From Camelus ferus (taxonomy: Eukaryota): DNA of 64,000 nucleotides. Shown one piece after another: positions 51,083 to 64,000 of this stretch. The stretch covers positions 117,554,001 through 117,618,000 of the forward strand of contig NC_045696.1 in NCBI RefSeq assembly GCF_009834535.1, in the 5' to 3' direction. The notes beneath the pieces were generated by a model that was given only the letters and a program-made list of their open reading frames with translations, did not search any database and was not told the DNA's origin. Numbering within the stretch: position 1 is the stretch's first letter; every line of letters begins with the position of its first letter. The position numbers and the translations under genes are program-made.

Positions 51083-54000
51083 TAGGGGGTATCGGGGTGG
51101 AGAGGCAGAACAGGGCTTCGTGCGTCCTTTTCCTCGATTCTCTTTCTAGTCTGAAAGGAGTTCTATTCCTGGCTGAAGTGTTAGTCACGTTGGAAAGTGT
51201 AAACTCGCGTGCTGGAGCAAAGCAGCTTACTCCACTGTAGACTGGAATCATTGGACTTTGTGGATGATAAGGACTGAATTAGAAATAATGGTCTCCCTTA
51301 CACAAGGCTTCCACCGACAAGGTGTTATTGTCGTAGAGGGTACGTGGGTGGCTGTTGCTGAAACTGACCCTGATTAAGAATAAAACACTTAAATTGTTCG
51401 ACTACAAGCGTAGCCTTTTCGTAGGATTACTAGTTGTAAGGCAGTTGCACAGATAATGGAAGTCTCCTGTGGTATGATGTAAAAGTTGTGTGATGTCATT
51501 CTTTTTTTTTGGTGATTTGTTTTCTTAAGAGTAAACTCATTATTTAGCAGCCAAAAACCTGATGACGCTAGTGTTTTCTCTTTTGCTGGATATTTTTTGA
51601 TAAAAGAAGGGCAGATTTTGGCAGGTTTTTAAGGAGAGAGGGTACGTGACTATGCGATTCCTCCCTGCCTATTTGATACCACATTGTTGAAGTTAAACAA
51701 CTTGGACTGCATTCAGCACTGTTGTTTCTATAAATCAGGGCCTATGCTGGGAGGCATGTGTGTGCCTTAGAAGGTCTTTATTTGTCTCTGAATAACTGTA
51801 TAGGATTCAGATTTTCCTTACATTTGCGAAAGCAAAGGCTAAAAATGCCATCTTGTAGCAACCAAGAATATTAAGTAGATAAAGTTAGAAGGCAGAGGAA
51901 TTTCATTGTGTGTGATGCATAACATTTATCATACAATCATTTATTTTTTCCTGGGTTTGGTGAAAACAAAGAATATATTGATCCTGAAATGAACAGACAC
52001 AGCAGTCCGTATTGTTAGATCTTTATCTATTAAAAATGGAAAAACAGCACTTCAGCAAATTCTTTGGCCTCTACTCATGATTACCCTATTTATTGATTGT
52101 TTGCCAAGAATGTATGCATCTTAAGAAGCCAGGGTAAGAGCATTAAAAATATAATTTATTACGGCTTTTCAAACCGAGTGCATTAATATTGTACTGTGAA
52201 GCACTGGGGCTCTATAAAAAAGACTTTCTGACGCCTGCAAACATATAAGTTCCATAAATTCCTAAATAGGAGATTTCAGCTGTCTCTGGTATTATGTGAT
52301 ATTTGCACAGCAAACTTTAATGCCAGGACAGTTTTAGACAAGGATTCTACAGACTTCGCTGCTCCTTATGGCAGACGTGCTGTTTACACAGGCTCATAAA
52401 CCTTCAGCAAGGCTTCTAAGACTGCCTCCAGGTTTAAATCATGCGGTATTTTTAGCAGTCAGCAGTGACCAGTGCACTCCCCCTTTTTTAATGCTGGAAG
52501 GTTATGAAGTTGCTGTAGTTGGAAGTCTCGCCCGACACCCAGATTTAGCAGCTGAATTTGGAATTAAATGATACTGTTGTCGCTTTATCAATAGCCACCC
52601 TAATTATCTGATAGGGGCCCCCTAAATAGAGTCCAGGATAACTCTTAATGCATTTCCATCGTTTGAAAGACCTACGGTTGTTTCACAGGTCTAAGGAGCA
52701 GCAGAGAGCAGGACACGTCTGTATCTTCCTATAAGAGGAAAAATCAATGCGTATGTTTTTGTCGTGCTGGTAACCCAACTCTTTGAAGACATCAGGACAG
52801 GGGGAGGAGAAACCAAAGTACAGTAATTTCACTTCCTGCCCAAGGGCTTTTTTTTTTTAAAGCATTGCATTCATAGTGACGTTTTTAAAATGCAGTTTAA
52901 TTGTAGAAGGTCCTCTGCTTACTTAGAACAACAAAATGACTCCAGCCTTTTGGTGGTAGTGTTAGTATTTCCTTTTCTTCTTTTTCACCTGCGTGCTTTT
53001 TGCTTCACAGGTGCCAGATAAAAATTGTGGCTGGGATGAGAAAGCCTGGCTTAAGAAAAGGGGTTAATGTTGTAATTTGCCTCGGAGGTTTGGCCAGAGT
53101 ACCTTCAAGCCAAGGAAGAAAGCACAGTGTTGTTTTTGCTGTGGTCTCCCCAAGTTGTCTTCTGGCCCCTGATGGGTTCCCTCCCCAGTATAAAACAGCT
53201 GAAGGAATGACAGGAGGATTGGCAAGCTCTGGGGCTTGTTTTTCATGCCCAGCCTGTTGGGTACCTCCAAATGAGTTTGTGAGCTTTTCTAAGTAAACCT
53301 AGAGGGGTTTATTTGTCAGAGCTAGAATCTCTTGTGAACAGTTCACGAAAGCTGCGGTGGAGAAAGAAATGTAGAGAAATGTAGCTTGTTTTACTGCTGG
53401 CTTTGTTTGGCGGAAACACGCAAATAGGGCATTTTTAAAGGGCATCTCTGGAGTCTGGAGGACATCCTGATTTTTTAGCTCTGCCTGGCCTGCACGAGAC
53501 ATATTCAGAAGTTGGTTGGATTCTGCGAGTCCACAGGGCAGGGCTGAGAGAGGCATTAATGTTAGAGGACTAATTGGGGACCCTGGGTGCCCTGGTAAAG
53601 TAACCCTTGTCATCATTTATGCTAAGGATGACAGTCCCCTGGCAGTGTGCCACCGTACAGTTCAGATGCATCTGCTTTTAACCCTTTTCCGTTTATCATC
53701 GGAAGCATGACGGTGCGCTGCGTAAACACCTTGAGAACTGCTGCATTCCAAGATTTGTTTCTTGAAGCCTCTTTTCTAACAACGGTGTGGCCTGTGTTGG
53801 TTAATCACCTGGCTGCTGGCTTATTACATGGCATTACAGTAAAGAAAGAGAGAACACAGCACATCTCTGCAGATGCCTTTATCCTAAGATGTCCCGATGA
53901 AGCCAGCTTTCTTTCTTCTCATTTTTATCCTATTTACTATAACAAAGATGGTTCGTTTTAAAGACATATGGCTCCTGGGGTATCTTTTGAGTCAGGTAGA

Positions 54001-54575
54001 ATCAGTGAAGAGCCCTAACAGTAAATCTCATTTATCTGTGTTTTGCACATATTGAAATCATATATTTTGAACATCAGTTTGGTTGAGTTTTGTGTTTCTT
54101 TTATGGAATCATTAAAGTCAATATCTTAAAAAAGGACGCAAATGCTGATCATTTTATCATCCAAGACAATGTGTTTGGACACAAACAGGGAAAGTTGAAT
54201 GTTAGCAAAAGTGTGTAGGACACGTGAAGGTGGTTCTTCCGAAGACCCTGTAGTCAGTTACACGTGCGCGCCAGGTACCACTCGCAGCTCATCAGACCAG
54301 ACACTCCTCTCTCGTCAGCCTTATTATTTGATCCTAAAGGTAATTCTGCATTCTCTGATTTGGGGAAATGCACTGTTAAAATTAAAGTAGAGCCCAGGTT
54401 ACCTTAGGACCCAGTTCACATTCTCTTTGACTATTTCTCTTACAACTTCAAAAAAGGAAAGGAGCGTATATGTATGTGTGTGTGCGCGCCTGCCGGTGTG
54501 TCTGTGCCCTGTCTGCCTTGGAAACACAGTCTCCCCTTCTCTCACTGTTGCAAAGGTTTATTTTTCATGGCGTAG

Positions 54576-54839
<264 letters not shown>

Positions 54840-55617
54840 TAAGGCATCCGTGGGGCTTGGAAAAATTGCTCGGCATCCTTTGTTTACCTTGCAGAGAAAG
54901 CCCTGGATATTTTTGTTCAAAGGACTGTAGTCTGTGTGTTCCATTGGTTCCTGATAGACTGTGGCTTTAAAAAATGGGCTTAATTCAGTTTGGTTTAGTT
55001 AACACACATTTTGCTCATGTGGAATGTCGAGGTAGATTTTTTTTTTTTAAATTACTTCAGCTGAATCATTAGTATGCTTATTGACCTTAATAATCTGCTC
55101 CACTGAGGACCCACAAGGAAGTGAGGAGCGGATTTGAGCAGATGGACTGTTGAGAGTCAATTTGCATTTATGACTGAATATCTAGTTCTGTTTCTTTTAT
55201 TCTGTTTCTGATGGTTTTATGGGCTGTAAAGTATTTTTCAATGCTGATTCCCATTGCAATAGAGAATCTTATCTAAATCGTAAAGCCATTGAGAACTGGT
55301 TCAGCTATGTCTTATTAGAACTTCCCGTAAGTTAGGAAAATGTGGCCCAGGCATAGGTTTTATGGATGGGGTTTTATTTCCAAAATAATAAACAACCCTC
55401 CAGTCATTTACATAATTTCCCGATTTGGAAAGCTAAGCTGTGAATATTTTCATTGACCTGCCTTTTAGAGGGAAGGGAATTATTCAGACAGAAATAACAA
55501 TATTGCTTGTGGTGGGGGCAGTGGGGAAAACAAAAACCAAAAAACAAAAAACCTTCGACTAGATGTATGATCTGAAGGGTGCAATCTTTAGTGACACATT
55601 CTCTTTATCTGGAATAG

Positions 55618-55744
55618 GGCTGATCCAGGTTGGAAAGTGGAATCCTGTTCCACTGTCTTATGTGACCGATGCCCCTGATGCTACGGTAGCGGATATGCTC
55701 CAGGACGTGTATCATGTGGTCACACTGAAAATTCAGTTACACAG
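55618..55744 (+). CDS. SATB1: SATB1 coding exon 3 (127 nt), ULD second half
   Basis: (G)[41 protein letters not shown](S). Contains K136 (known acetylation site) and the PVPLS CtBP-binding motif. Acceptor tAG at 55616-55617, donor CAG|GTGAGT at 55745. Confidence 0.98.
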
Positions 55745-56439
55745 GTGAGTCAGGGCAGCAGTTCTCCTGCGGAACATGCTCCTTACCTGATCTTTTGAAA
55801 CAAAACATCTCTGGTCAACCTTCAATTGTTATTTACTCTGGGTTTCAGAAAGGTTAATCCCAATTGATTTTGTGGCCTTAACCCCCTTCTGTTTTATCTT
55901 CTCAACTTCAATCTATCATTTAGAAGCCACTTTTCCCCCCAACCTGGGTCGATCTGTGCAGGTTATCAAAAGACAAGACTCTTTTTATTTAGTCAATTAA
56001 ATGATGCCTTACAAGAAGGCATTTTACATAAAGTTTACTTAAGAGAAAAATATTTTTGCATATCATGAACAGTGCCATCTGGGTACGTTTTGTGAAAGAA
56101 TGCCTTATTCACGATTGCTGAGATCTTATTTATTTTTATATATGTATATTTATATTCTTTTACCATTTTTATTCGTCTGAGCAGAGTCGTGAAAGGAAAA
56201 CGGTTACTACGTTAATGGTTTTCACGATGGCTCGTGAGGAAGCAGTACACCTTAAATTGTCTTCCCGAGCGCATCAGAGCAGGGAGGTAGAAGTAACATG
56301 AAAAAATAGCCACCACAGGCAGCTGATGTATAATTCATGCATCGATACAGCAGATGTGTTGTATAAAGTAATTAACTAATCGGAACAATCAGGAGACCGA
56401 GAGCAATCTCCAGATGCATCTGTTTGATGCGCAAAATGA

Positions 56440-56664
<225 letters not shown>

Positions 56665-59600
56665 TGATAATACACAATCATGAGCGGCCCTGGTTTGAGG
56701 TGCGAGGGGGTTCCGTAGCCTAAAGCAACTGGTATCCAAAGCAAGGTTCTCCCCCAAATGCCAAGTGACTTGACCACTGGGGCCTTTGAAAAATATGCCT
56801 GATTCATTCTGCACAGAGAGCCTTCACTCATTTTCTTCCTTGGGGAAAAGAGCGAAGGAGAGACAGCCCAGCACAACCCTGTGCTAGCTTTAGGTTTCTT
56901 CTGAGTGCACTGAGCTTAGCAGCTACACAGTCCTGAGAGCCCCTGCTTAAGGGAATCAAAGTGGTATAAGTTCCTGGAGCCCTGGGTGAGTGGGCGTGGC
57001 GTTGCAGGTATTAACATACAAACTTCACCATGCTACCTGAAAAATTAAGAGTACAGTTTTTGGCTACTTTGTTCATTAGCCAAAAAAAAGAAAAAGAAGA
57101 AAAAGCATTTTGTAAAAAAACATTATAAAAATAAGAACAAAACAGAAGTCTCTTCTGGAAGAATTATTAATTATCAGGATTTTGTCGCCAGCTTTGTGGC
57201 ATTGGTTTACCTTTTTTTTTTTCCTCCCCACTTTTAGTGAAATCATATTTTTTTCCTTGGAGATGCCTGTCATCCCATCAGGGATTTTTGAAATGAGACA
57301 AAGATTTATTATTATTGAACTTGATTTTTTTTTTTTGGACAATGAATTTTGGTAGCAGGGCAATTAAAACTCCAAGCAAGAGGCTGCCTGTGTTTCAGAA
57401 TGTAAAGCCAAATACCACTTTTGATAATGCTCAGCTGATTTCAAATCAGAAAGAAAGGGTGCTGTGAGCCCGCTATTCACGGGCTGCCTGTGTGGTCAGG
57501 ACACAAGTGTGTCACAGTGCCGTCCACCAGTGCCCTAACCATCATTCCACCACAGAGTGTGATTAAAGTGCTGCTCTGACTCCATGCTCACTCACTTTTT
57601 TAAGTTTCTTTTTCAATGCATGTTTAAACTGTACGTCTGAATGTTAGTCGTCAGTTATTTGAACTTGAACTGGCTGACTGCAGTAAACATTGCTGCAATT
57701 GAGATGTTCTCCAAATGCATTTCCCATGTGATGCCCATAAGGATATTTGGGTGCCTTTGGAGGGAAGCTTGCGGGCTTTTGTGCTGCCGTTTCTTGGAAG
57801 CTCCGTGCATTTCAGGTTTGCTGCATTACAGTCCTTCTGCTTGACTTTGATATTTGTTAGCAATTAGAGGAATGAAGCAAATGAATTAAGCTTATAATTA
57901 ATGATGGCTTTTTATATTCTTTTAAGGTAAGCTGTAGCCACAGGTAAAAAATATCCTCTGGTATTAAGAGTCCATTTCTTGAAATTTAGAGCAAACTCTT
58001 TTTTGTCATTCTAGCTGAACTCCTTCCATTATCTCTCACCCTTGGAGTAGAGAGGATGTGAATTTATAACCATCAAATAAAAGTAATTTAAATTAATTAA
58101 ACACAGTTAAATCAATAGGATGATATAATGAAGCAGGTGACTCTTACCTCTGGGACTTTGGGTTTTGCGACGACTGCACATAATCTGTCAGTTGATTTCT
58201 AGCATTTGAACATTTGAAATGTTTTAGAAACAAACTTCTTTTTTTTAATTCAGAGCTAGAATATGGATAAGCACCCATGATAGGAATCCCATGTATGTTC
58301 ATGTTACCAAATGTCCCATTGATTTTAGAAGGAAATTCAGGCAAAGATTTAAGGCATTTACTGTGAGCTGGAGAAGAGGGTGCTAGGACAAGAATTTATT
58401 GATACAGTGGGAACTAGCTGTTAAATGACATCAACATTCAGCCAATAAACTCCACCTCACTGTAGCTTATAAATACAATTGTGAGTTTACTTAACGTTAT
58501 CATGGGAAATGAATTGAATCCAGACAATTATAACATTAAACAGAATGACACAATGAAATCCGGGACTTGGTTTTGGAGTCAGGCATTGGTGAATTTCTCT
58601 AAAGAAGCCTTGAGTGGAACACGTGACCCCGTGTAGCTGGGGACTCCACTGTCATCATTCAGGGGTGAAATTAGACTGTAAGTTCAACATCAGTTGTAAT
58701 TACAATCTTCTTTTCTTTAAAAAAAAAAGTTGGAAAAAAAAGATTCATCAGTGGAAGCAAATATTCTAAATTAATTTAGGTTTATGAAAAAGTGCAACTT
58801 GTTCTCTAAATGAGGGGGTTATTCTATATTCTGCTGCATCATCTTCTCTTTCTTCCTCTAAAATGAATTCCTGAATCTGATCCTCACTTCAGAATGTTTT
58901 AATTATGAACTATTTTTCCATTTGCTCCTTTATTTTCTCTTCTGTCAGAAGTTGTTAGTTAGAGCAAACGCAGGCACTCTTAGGCCTACGGCCCCAAATG
59001 CATGCTGAGCTTGGTCAAAGATTTCTTGCCTCTGCGGTGAGATTTGGTGATGAAGAGGGTGTGAAAATCCCTAGCAAGTAAATACTGCCTCCGTCTTACA
59101 CCAAATGGGGCCCAACACCAAGAAATACTCTGTGTAAAGACTTTTTTTTCCCTTCTTTGAGGTTTGATTCATTCAAGTGATGCTCAGCTTGTAGCACCCA
59201 ATTCAGCACATGCATTTTGCTGTACCTTAGGGTTCGATTTTGTTGACTGGGATAAAAATACCCCAGTCTCAAATATGACTGTCAAGTCCCTTAATGATAC
59301 ACTTAGCAGAATGTCCACCCCATAGGCAAGTGGGTTCCGTTTACAGAGTAGAGATCCTGCGGAAAGGGGGATTGTCCCACAGTTGCAAAGCACATGTCCA
59401 GTTTGCACTTGGAATCTCGGAATCAGACAGATGAAGGAGCCAGTGCCCCTAGAGATTAAAGTCAGAAGCCTGGTTAGGACGGACCCGAAAGCCCTTTCCC
59501 ACTGGCAAGTTTTAAAGTGTTGATTTTGGAAATGAAGATGTAGGTTTTGGTGCAATCATGTTCTCTCTGGTACTGTTTGCAGGGTTTTTCTCTCTAGCTG

Positions 59601-60744
59601 CAGAAATTCCATAAGTGTGCATGTGGTTTGACTTATAACTCATGCTTTCATTTCTGTTGCTGCTTCCCTATCATAAATCTGCCCGAATAGCTTGCCATCC
59701 ATCTATTAAGTTTTTTTGACCCCGTGTTTGTTAATTTTTGTAAAGCATTCTAAGGCTTAAGAAAACCCTAGCTCATTATAATGTGAGGTTGGGCGTTCTG
59801 TTATCATTCTTGCTTTTTTTCAGTGGATGTGGTTAGATAAGTTGGATGTTGTATTCTGCCCTGCAAGTAAGGAGGAGAGAATAAAATCTTGGGGACAAGA
59901 AAGCTTATGTCATGGGAACTTGAAGAGTGTGGATTTGGAAGGTAAATTGGAATTTGAAAAAGGAAACATTTTGATTTACAATAAAACATTTTATTTTGAT
60001 TTTAGTTTTCCCTGACGTTTTGGAAATTGAACTTAAACCTAAGTATATACATTCCCTAGATACATGTATAGGTTAATATAATATAAGCCCTAGATATACA
60101 CATTCAATATAAGAACAGATTCATTGTGTTAAAAGTGTCATAAGTAAAAGATGAGTTAATTGCTTTTGCCAGGCTAGAGTCTTCCTTCAAAAAATGTTCA
60201 GGTCAAAAAAAAAAAAAATGTTTAGGGCAGATATTCCTAAGGGATTTTAATCTGATGTGTGTGCATTTTTACCACCCCTCCCCACCACACACACATGCAC
60301 GCTTGTGTGTACGCACACACACATCACCACTCTCACATTTTTAAGACACTAGATCTTTCTGTTTCATTTCTCACCTGGGGAAAAGTCGCTCCAAGCCCAA
60401 GTCCCACACAAAGTGAGAATTGTCATTTTTATTTCCGAGTAGCAAAAGATGTATAAAATGTGTTAAAATTCGAACATTCTGTCGAGAAGTAATATTGAGA
60501 AAAATGATTTTTTTTCTCTCCCGACAGCATCTCGGGATCTATAATGTGCCAGACTTTTTATTAGATCCTGGCAAAATAGCTGAAAAAAGAAACCGCCCTG
60601 CCCTCCTGAAGCTTAGCATTTAACCATGCGGATTCTCCAAAACTTGACAGTCATTTCCATAGACCTTAATAAACCCCTGTATTCACCTGATTTTCAGCCT
60701 TATTATACAAAGCAACAATTTAAAAATCCCCATCCGTTAGGCTA

Positions 60745-60792
60745 TGTGTGTGTGTGTGTAACATATGTCTATATATATATATATATATATAT
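60745..60792. repeat. (TG)n / (TA)n compound microsatellite
   Basis: A TG run followed by a TA run, read directly. Confidence 0.85.
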
Positions 60793-61453
60793 TTCACTAT
60801 ACTTTGTGTTAATTCTTTTCATAATTTTTAGACCAAACTGGCATTTCTGAAGAAATTTTAATGAACATTAATAATCAACTTCTCTCAAGAGAATATCCAG
60901 CAGTAGATTCATATATTGTATTTCACATTGAGAGTCTAATCTATGAAATTTATTTGTGTATTCACGTATTTATTCATTCAAAAATATATATATTGGCAGT
61001 CTGTTGTGTGACAGGCATCCTGTTTCCTATTGTGTAATGAGATGACACATCTTAATAGTTGAAATAATAAACCTGCATTTGGTGCTTTTGCAATATCAAG
61101 AGTGTGTCTATAACCCCAAGTTGTGTTTAGTTTAAATTCCCCTCTTCAGCTGAGGACCCTGAGCTATGGAATGTTTGAGTCCCATGGTTATGTGGCTGGT
61201 AAAGCAAAGGGGCAAGAATTCACACCCAGACCCTGTGAATTTAACCAAGTATTCTTGGCTAGATGGGTAGAGTGCTTATTTTTAAGCCTTTCTCTAGTTA
61301 ATTTGACATTTTATCAAATACTTACATTTCTCTGCAACTTACTGTTCTCCATTTCTATTTATTCTCACCGCTGAAATGTTTAACGTCTTTTGTTTTTGTA
61401 ATTTTGATATTGTCATTCTTACATTGACTTGCTTTAGAAATACCATCACTTCT

Positions 61454-61576
61454 GGGGGTGGGTGGGGATAGCTCTGGGGTAGAGTGCATGCTTAACATGC
61501 ACAAGGTCCTGGGTTCAATCCCCAGTACCTCCGTTAAAAGAAAAAACAGAAATTTTACTTTTAAAAAAAAAAAAAA
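61454..61576 (+). mobile_element. tRNA-derived SINE, same family as 62296-62438
   Basis: GGGGATAGCTCTGGGGTAGAGTGCATGCTTAACATGCACAAGGTCCTGGGTTCAATCCCCAGTACCTCCGTTAAAA plus poly-A. Confidence 0.85.
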
Positions 61577-62295
61577 CCATTGTTGCATGCTCCTAAATTA
61601 GAGCACGTGAGGGTGATTTAGACCACAGGGGCTGACATCTGGGGTAGTCTGGATTTGTGGGGGGTTCCAGAAGATTTGACTACCAGCTGTGGGACCGTCA
61701 CTTCCCCCCGTCCTCACGTCTGGATCGGTGGGTATGGCTGAGCTAATGGCCCTTTTTATTTGCGCCCCCACAGCAGTGTTAGACGTCTGCACGGGAAACA
61801 GCGGGCAGTTCTTTAAGTCTGTTTGGGAGTGTAGAGCTTAGTCGTCCACTGGCTTGATGTGACGAACGAGTTGATAACTGGCAGCCCCGTTGAGAAACAC
61901 AGGTTCCTGTTGGAGCTGTGCTTGGAGGATTTTGTACCTGCCCCTTCCTGGTATAATACTGTCAATCTTGTTGTAAAACATCGTGTACTTTGAGGAAAAG
62001 CTCCACAGAGGAACTCTTCTTTCCTGTTTGAAATTGCACAACTTTCCCCAGTTCGTACCCCACGCCCATGGGAGTCCGAGGCTATGAGTATCTGCTTTGC
62101 CAGGCACGGAAGCACTTGATACTAATTGGGTTTTATTGCCGCTCTCAGCAGTTGCAGTAATGGCGAGCTGGTCAACCAGTTCTACGTGGGTAGAGGTGTG
62201 ACTTGCTAAAGTTGCACCCAGTGCTTTTTCCTGTCTCCTTTTTTGAACCGGTTATTGCTTCACTCTAGTACCTCTTTCTCGAATTAGACCGTAGA

Positions 62296-62438
62296 GGGGG
62301 AGGGTATAGCTCCGTGGTAGAGCGCGTGCTTAGCGTGGGCAAGGTCCTGGGTTCAAGCCCCAGTACCTCCGTTAAAAAATGTGCATAAACAAATAAACCT
62401 AATTACCTCCCCGCAAAACGAAACAAAACAAAACATCA
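62296..62438 (+). mobile_element. tRNA-Ala-derived SINE (camelid vic-1-like)
   Basis: GGGGGAGGGTATAGCTCCGTGGTAGAGCGCGTGCTTAGC...GGTTCAAGCCCCAGTACCTCC, with A box, AGC anticodon remnant and B box, then a non-tRNA A-rich tail. TSD AATTAGAC(C/A)GT at 62282 and 62439. Confidence 0.85.
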
Positions 62439-64000
62439 AATTAGACAGTGAGATGTCTGTCCTGGGTTAGTAATATCCCACACAGAATCTACAATAGACG
62501 TGTCCTCCAGGCTGCGAGTTTTTCTTTTTACATCTCCTCTCTCAGGCTCATTTTCAGCCGATTTAGATACATAAGGATTTTACTGTAGCTTGATGTCAGT
62601 TTCCTGTAACCTTTCAGATACATTCATCCAAAAAGCCAAACTTAATAAAGCATCTAACTTACAACGGATTGATCTCAAATATTTTATGGCCTATCTTTTC
62701 ACAATAGTCACACAGACGAGTTTAAGCCATGCCAATTTAGAGAGTGCTTAACAGTGTGTAAGTACTTCATTTTCACTTAATAGATTTTTTACCTATGCTT
62801 TGTTTCAGAGCTGAACAAGTTTCCTTTGACCTCAGAATCACTAATGCAAGGAAAATTACCATATCATGAATGCACCTCCCCTATTTTTTTTTTTCTGATT
62901 TGCAGAATAATAAATACAGCCAAGGCTCAGGAGTAGGAATGGCCTGAGAGAAAGCCTCTTAAATGCTCTTTTCTAATTGTTTTTTTTTTCTTTTAAAGTT
63001 AACCAACTCAGGCTAATCAATCAGATTTTCTTGCTAAAACAGAGCTAGTTTTAAAGTGCTTTTTGAGTGTCTTTTTTTTTTTTTTTGAAATTTACTACTG
63101 AAATTTCAAGTTGGGCTTTATCTGAATTTGGTTTTTAAACCTGTTTTATTTCATGTCAGACAGGGGCCCCCAAGAAACTCATAAACAAACAGAAAACCCT
63201 AAATTCGGGATAATCAAGACAAACAGATACACGCACCCAATTTTTCCCCCCTCTTTCTTTGGAAACTGCTTGATCGTAAGGTGCTCTGAGTATTAAAAAA
63301 ACATAAGAGAGCCTTTAACGTAACAGGAGAGAGCTTCAGCGGGGCCTCACAGCTCACTGCCAATTGAAGTAAGGAACGCTCTGGCTGTTGGGACTTTTAA
63401 ATCTAGACTTAAAAGTTATTTGTTCTGTTTAGCATTTTTAAAACGATTCTATTAGGAATTGTATGTGCTTCAGTTTTAATTTTAACTCATAATGATTGTA
63501 AAGCACCCTGGGATTCCTGCATGAAGGGCGTTATAAGATTGTATTGTGTTCTAATATGCTGTGGTATTATGGGCAGTTCAGAAGGTTACAAAGGAGGTGG
63601 CTGACTTCCTTTCAAAGTCTCTTTCCTTTCTCTCATTCTTACTCTAAAACCCTATCCTCTTTAGCCGTGATCTTTTTCTTTCCTTTCTTCTTTTCCAAAA
63701 GCTATTCTCTTGTACGGCACTATTTTCCCGTTTAAAAAAAAAAAGCAACTCTAACTTGGTTTACGCAGAGGTTAAATTTTATGCAAACCAGATTACGTGT
63801 TGAAAGTTAAGAGCGATTAGCACTTTCCTTGTTAGCACCAGTTGAGATCACTCTTCTTTTCCAGATGACAAGACAGGGTATTTCATCACTGGGTACCACC
63901 CGACTGTCCCAGACTTGTCCCAGTTTACTGTCAATCCAGCGTTTATTCCTCTGCAGTTAAACAATGTGGAGCTAACAAGAACAAGTACTAATGCTATGAA

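Noticed and set aside
61598..62115. GC/CpG-elevated intronic stretch with 64-100 aa minus-strand ORFs, a possible retrocopy
   Set aside because: No recognisable protein similarity, poly-A tail or TSD.
62296..62372. Possible tRNA-Ala gene
   Set aside because: It has degenerate stems, a SINE-type tail and TSD, and a second diverged copy nearby, so it is a SINE.

Overview
This is mammalian genomic DNA, probably camelid, judging from two tRNA-Ala-derived SINEs that resemble the vic-1 family. It holds the 5' half of SATB1 (special AT-rich sequence-binding protein 1) on the + strand. Four coding exons (50807-51017, 54658-54834, 55618-55744, 56520-56643) have canonical GT-AG sites and splice into 639 nt encoding residues 1-213: the N-terminal region, the ubiquitin-like oligomerisation domain and the start of the CUT-like domain. 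The gene continues beyond the window. Upstream are at least three candidate promoter/non-coding first-exon regions: a distal, probably bidirectional CpG island (about 25.7-27.9 kb), a CpG-poor promoter with a strong donor at 33140, and a proximal CpG island (about 45.6-47.5 kb) whose exon ends at 48055. The first 23 kb is intergenic and rich in transposable elements (L1, L2, MIR, MER5, MLT and a solo ERV LTR), while 24-61 kb is nearly free of them. I found no evidence of a new biological system. The best second-look items are the uORF and alternative-leader architecture, overlapping sense and antisense first exons, a twin-priming L1 inversion, and a few candidate regulatory or splicing elements. 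Comparisons to human and repeat family names are from memory, not from searches.
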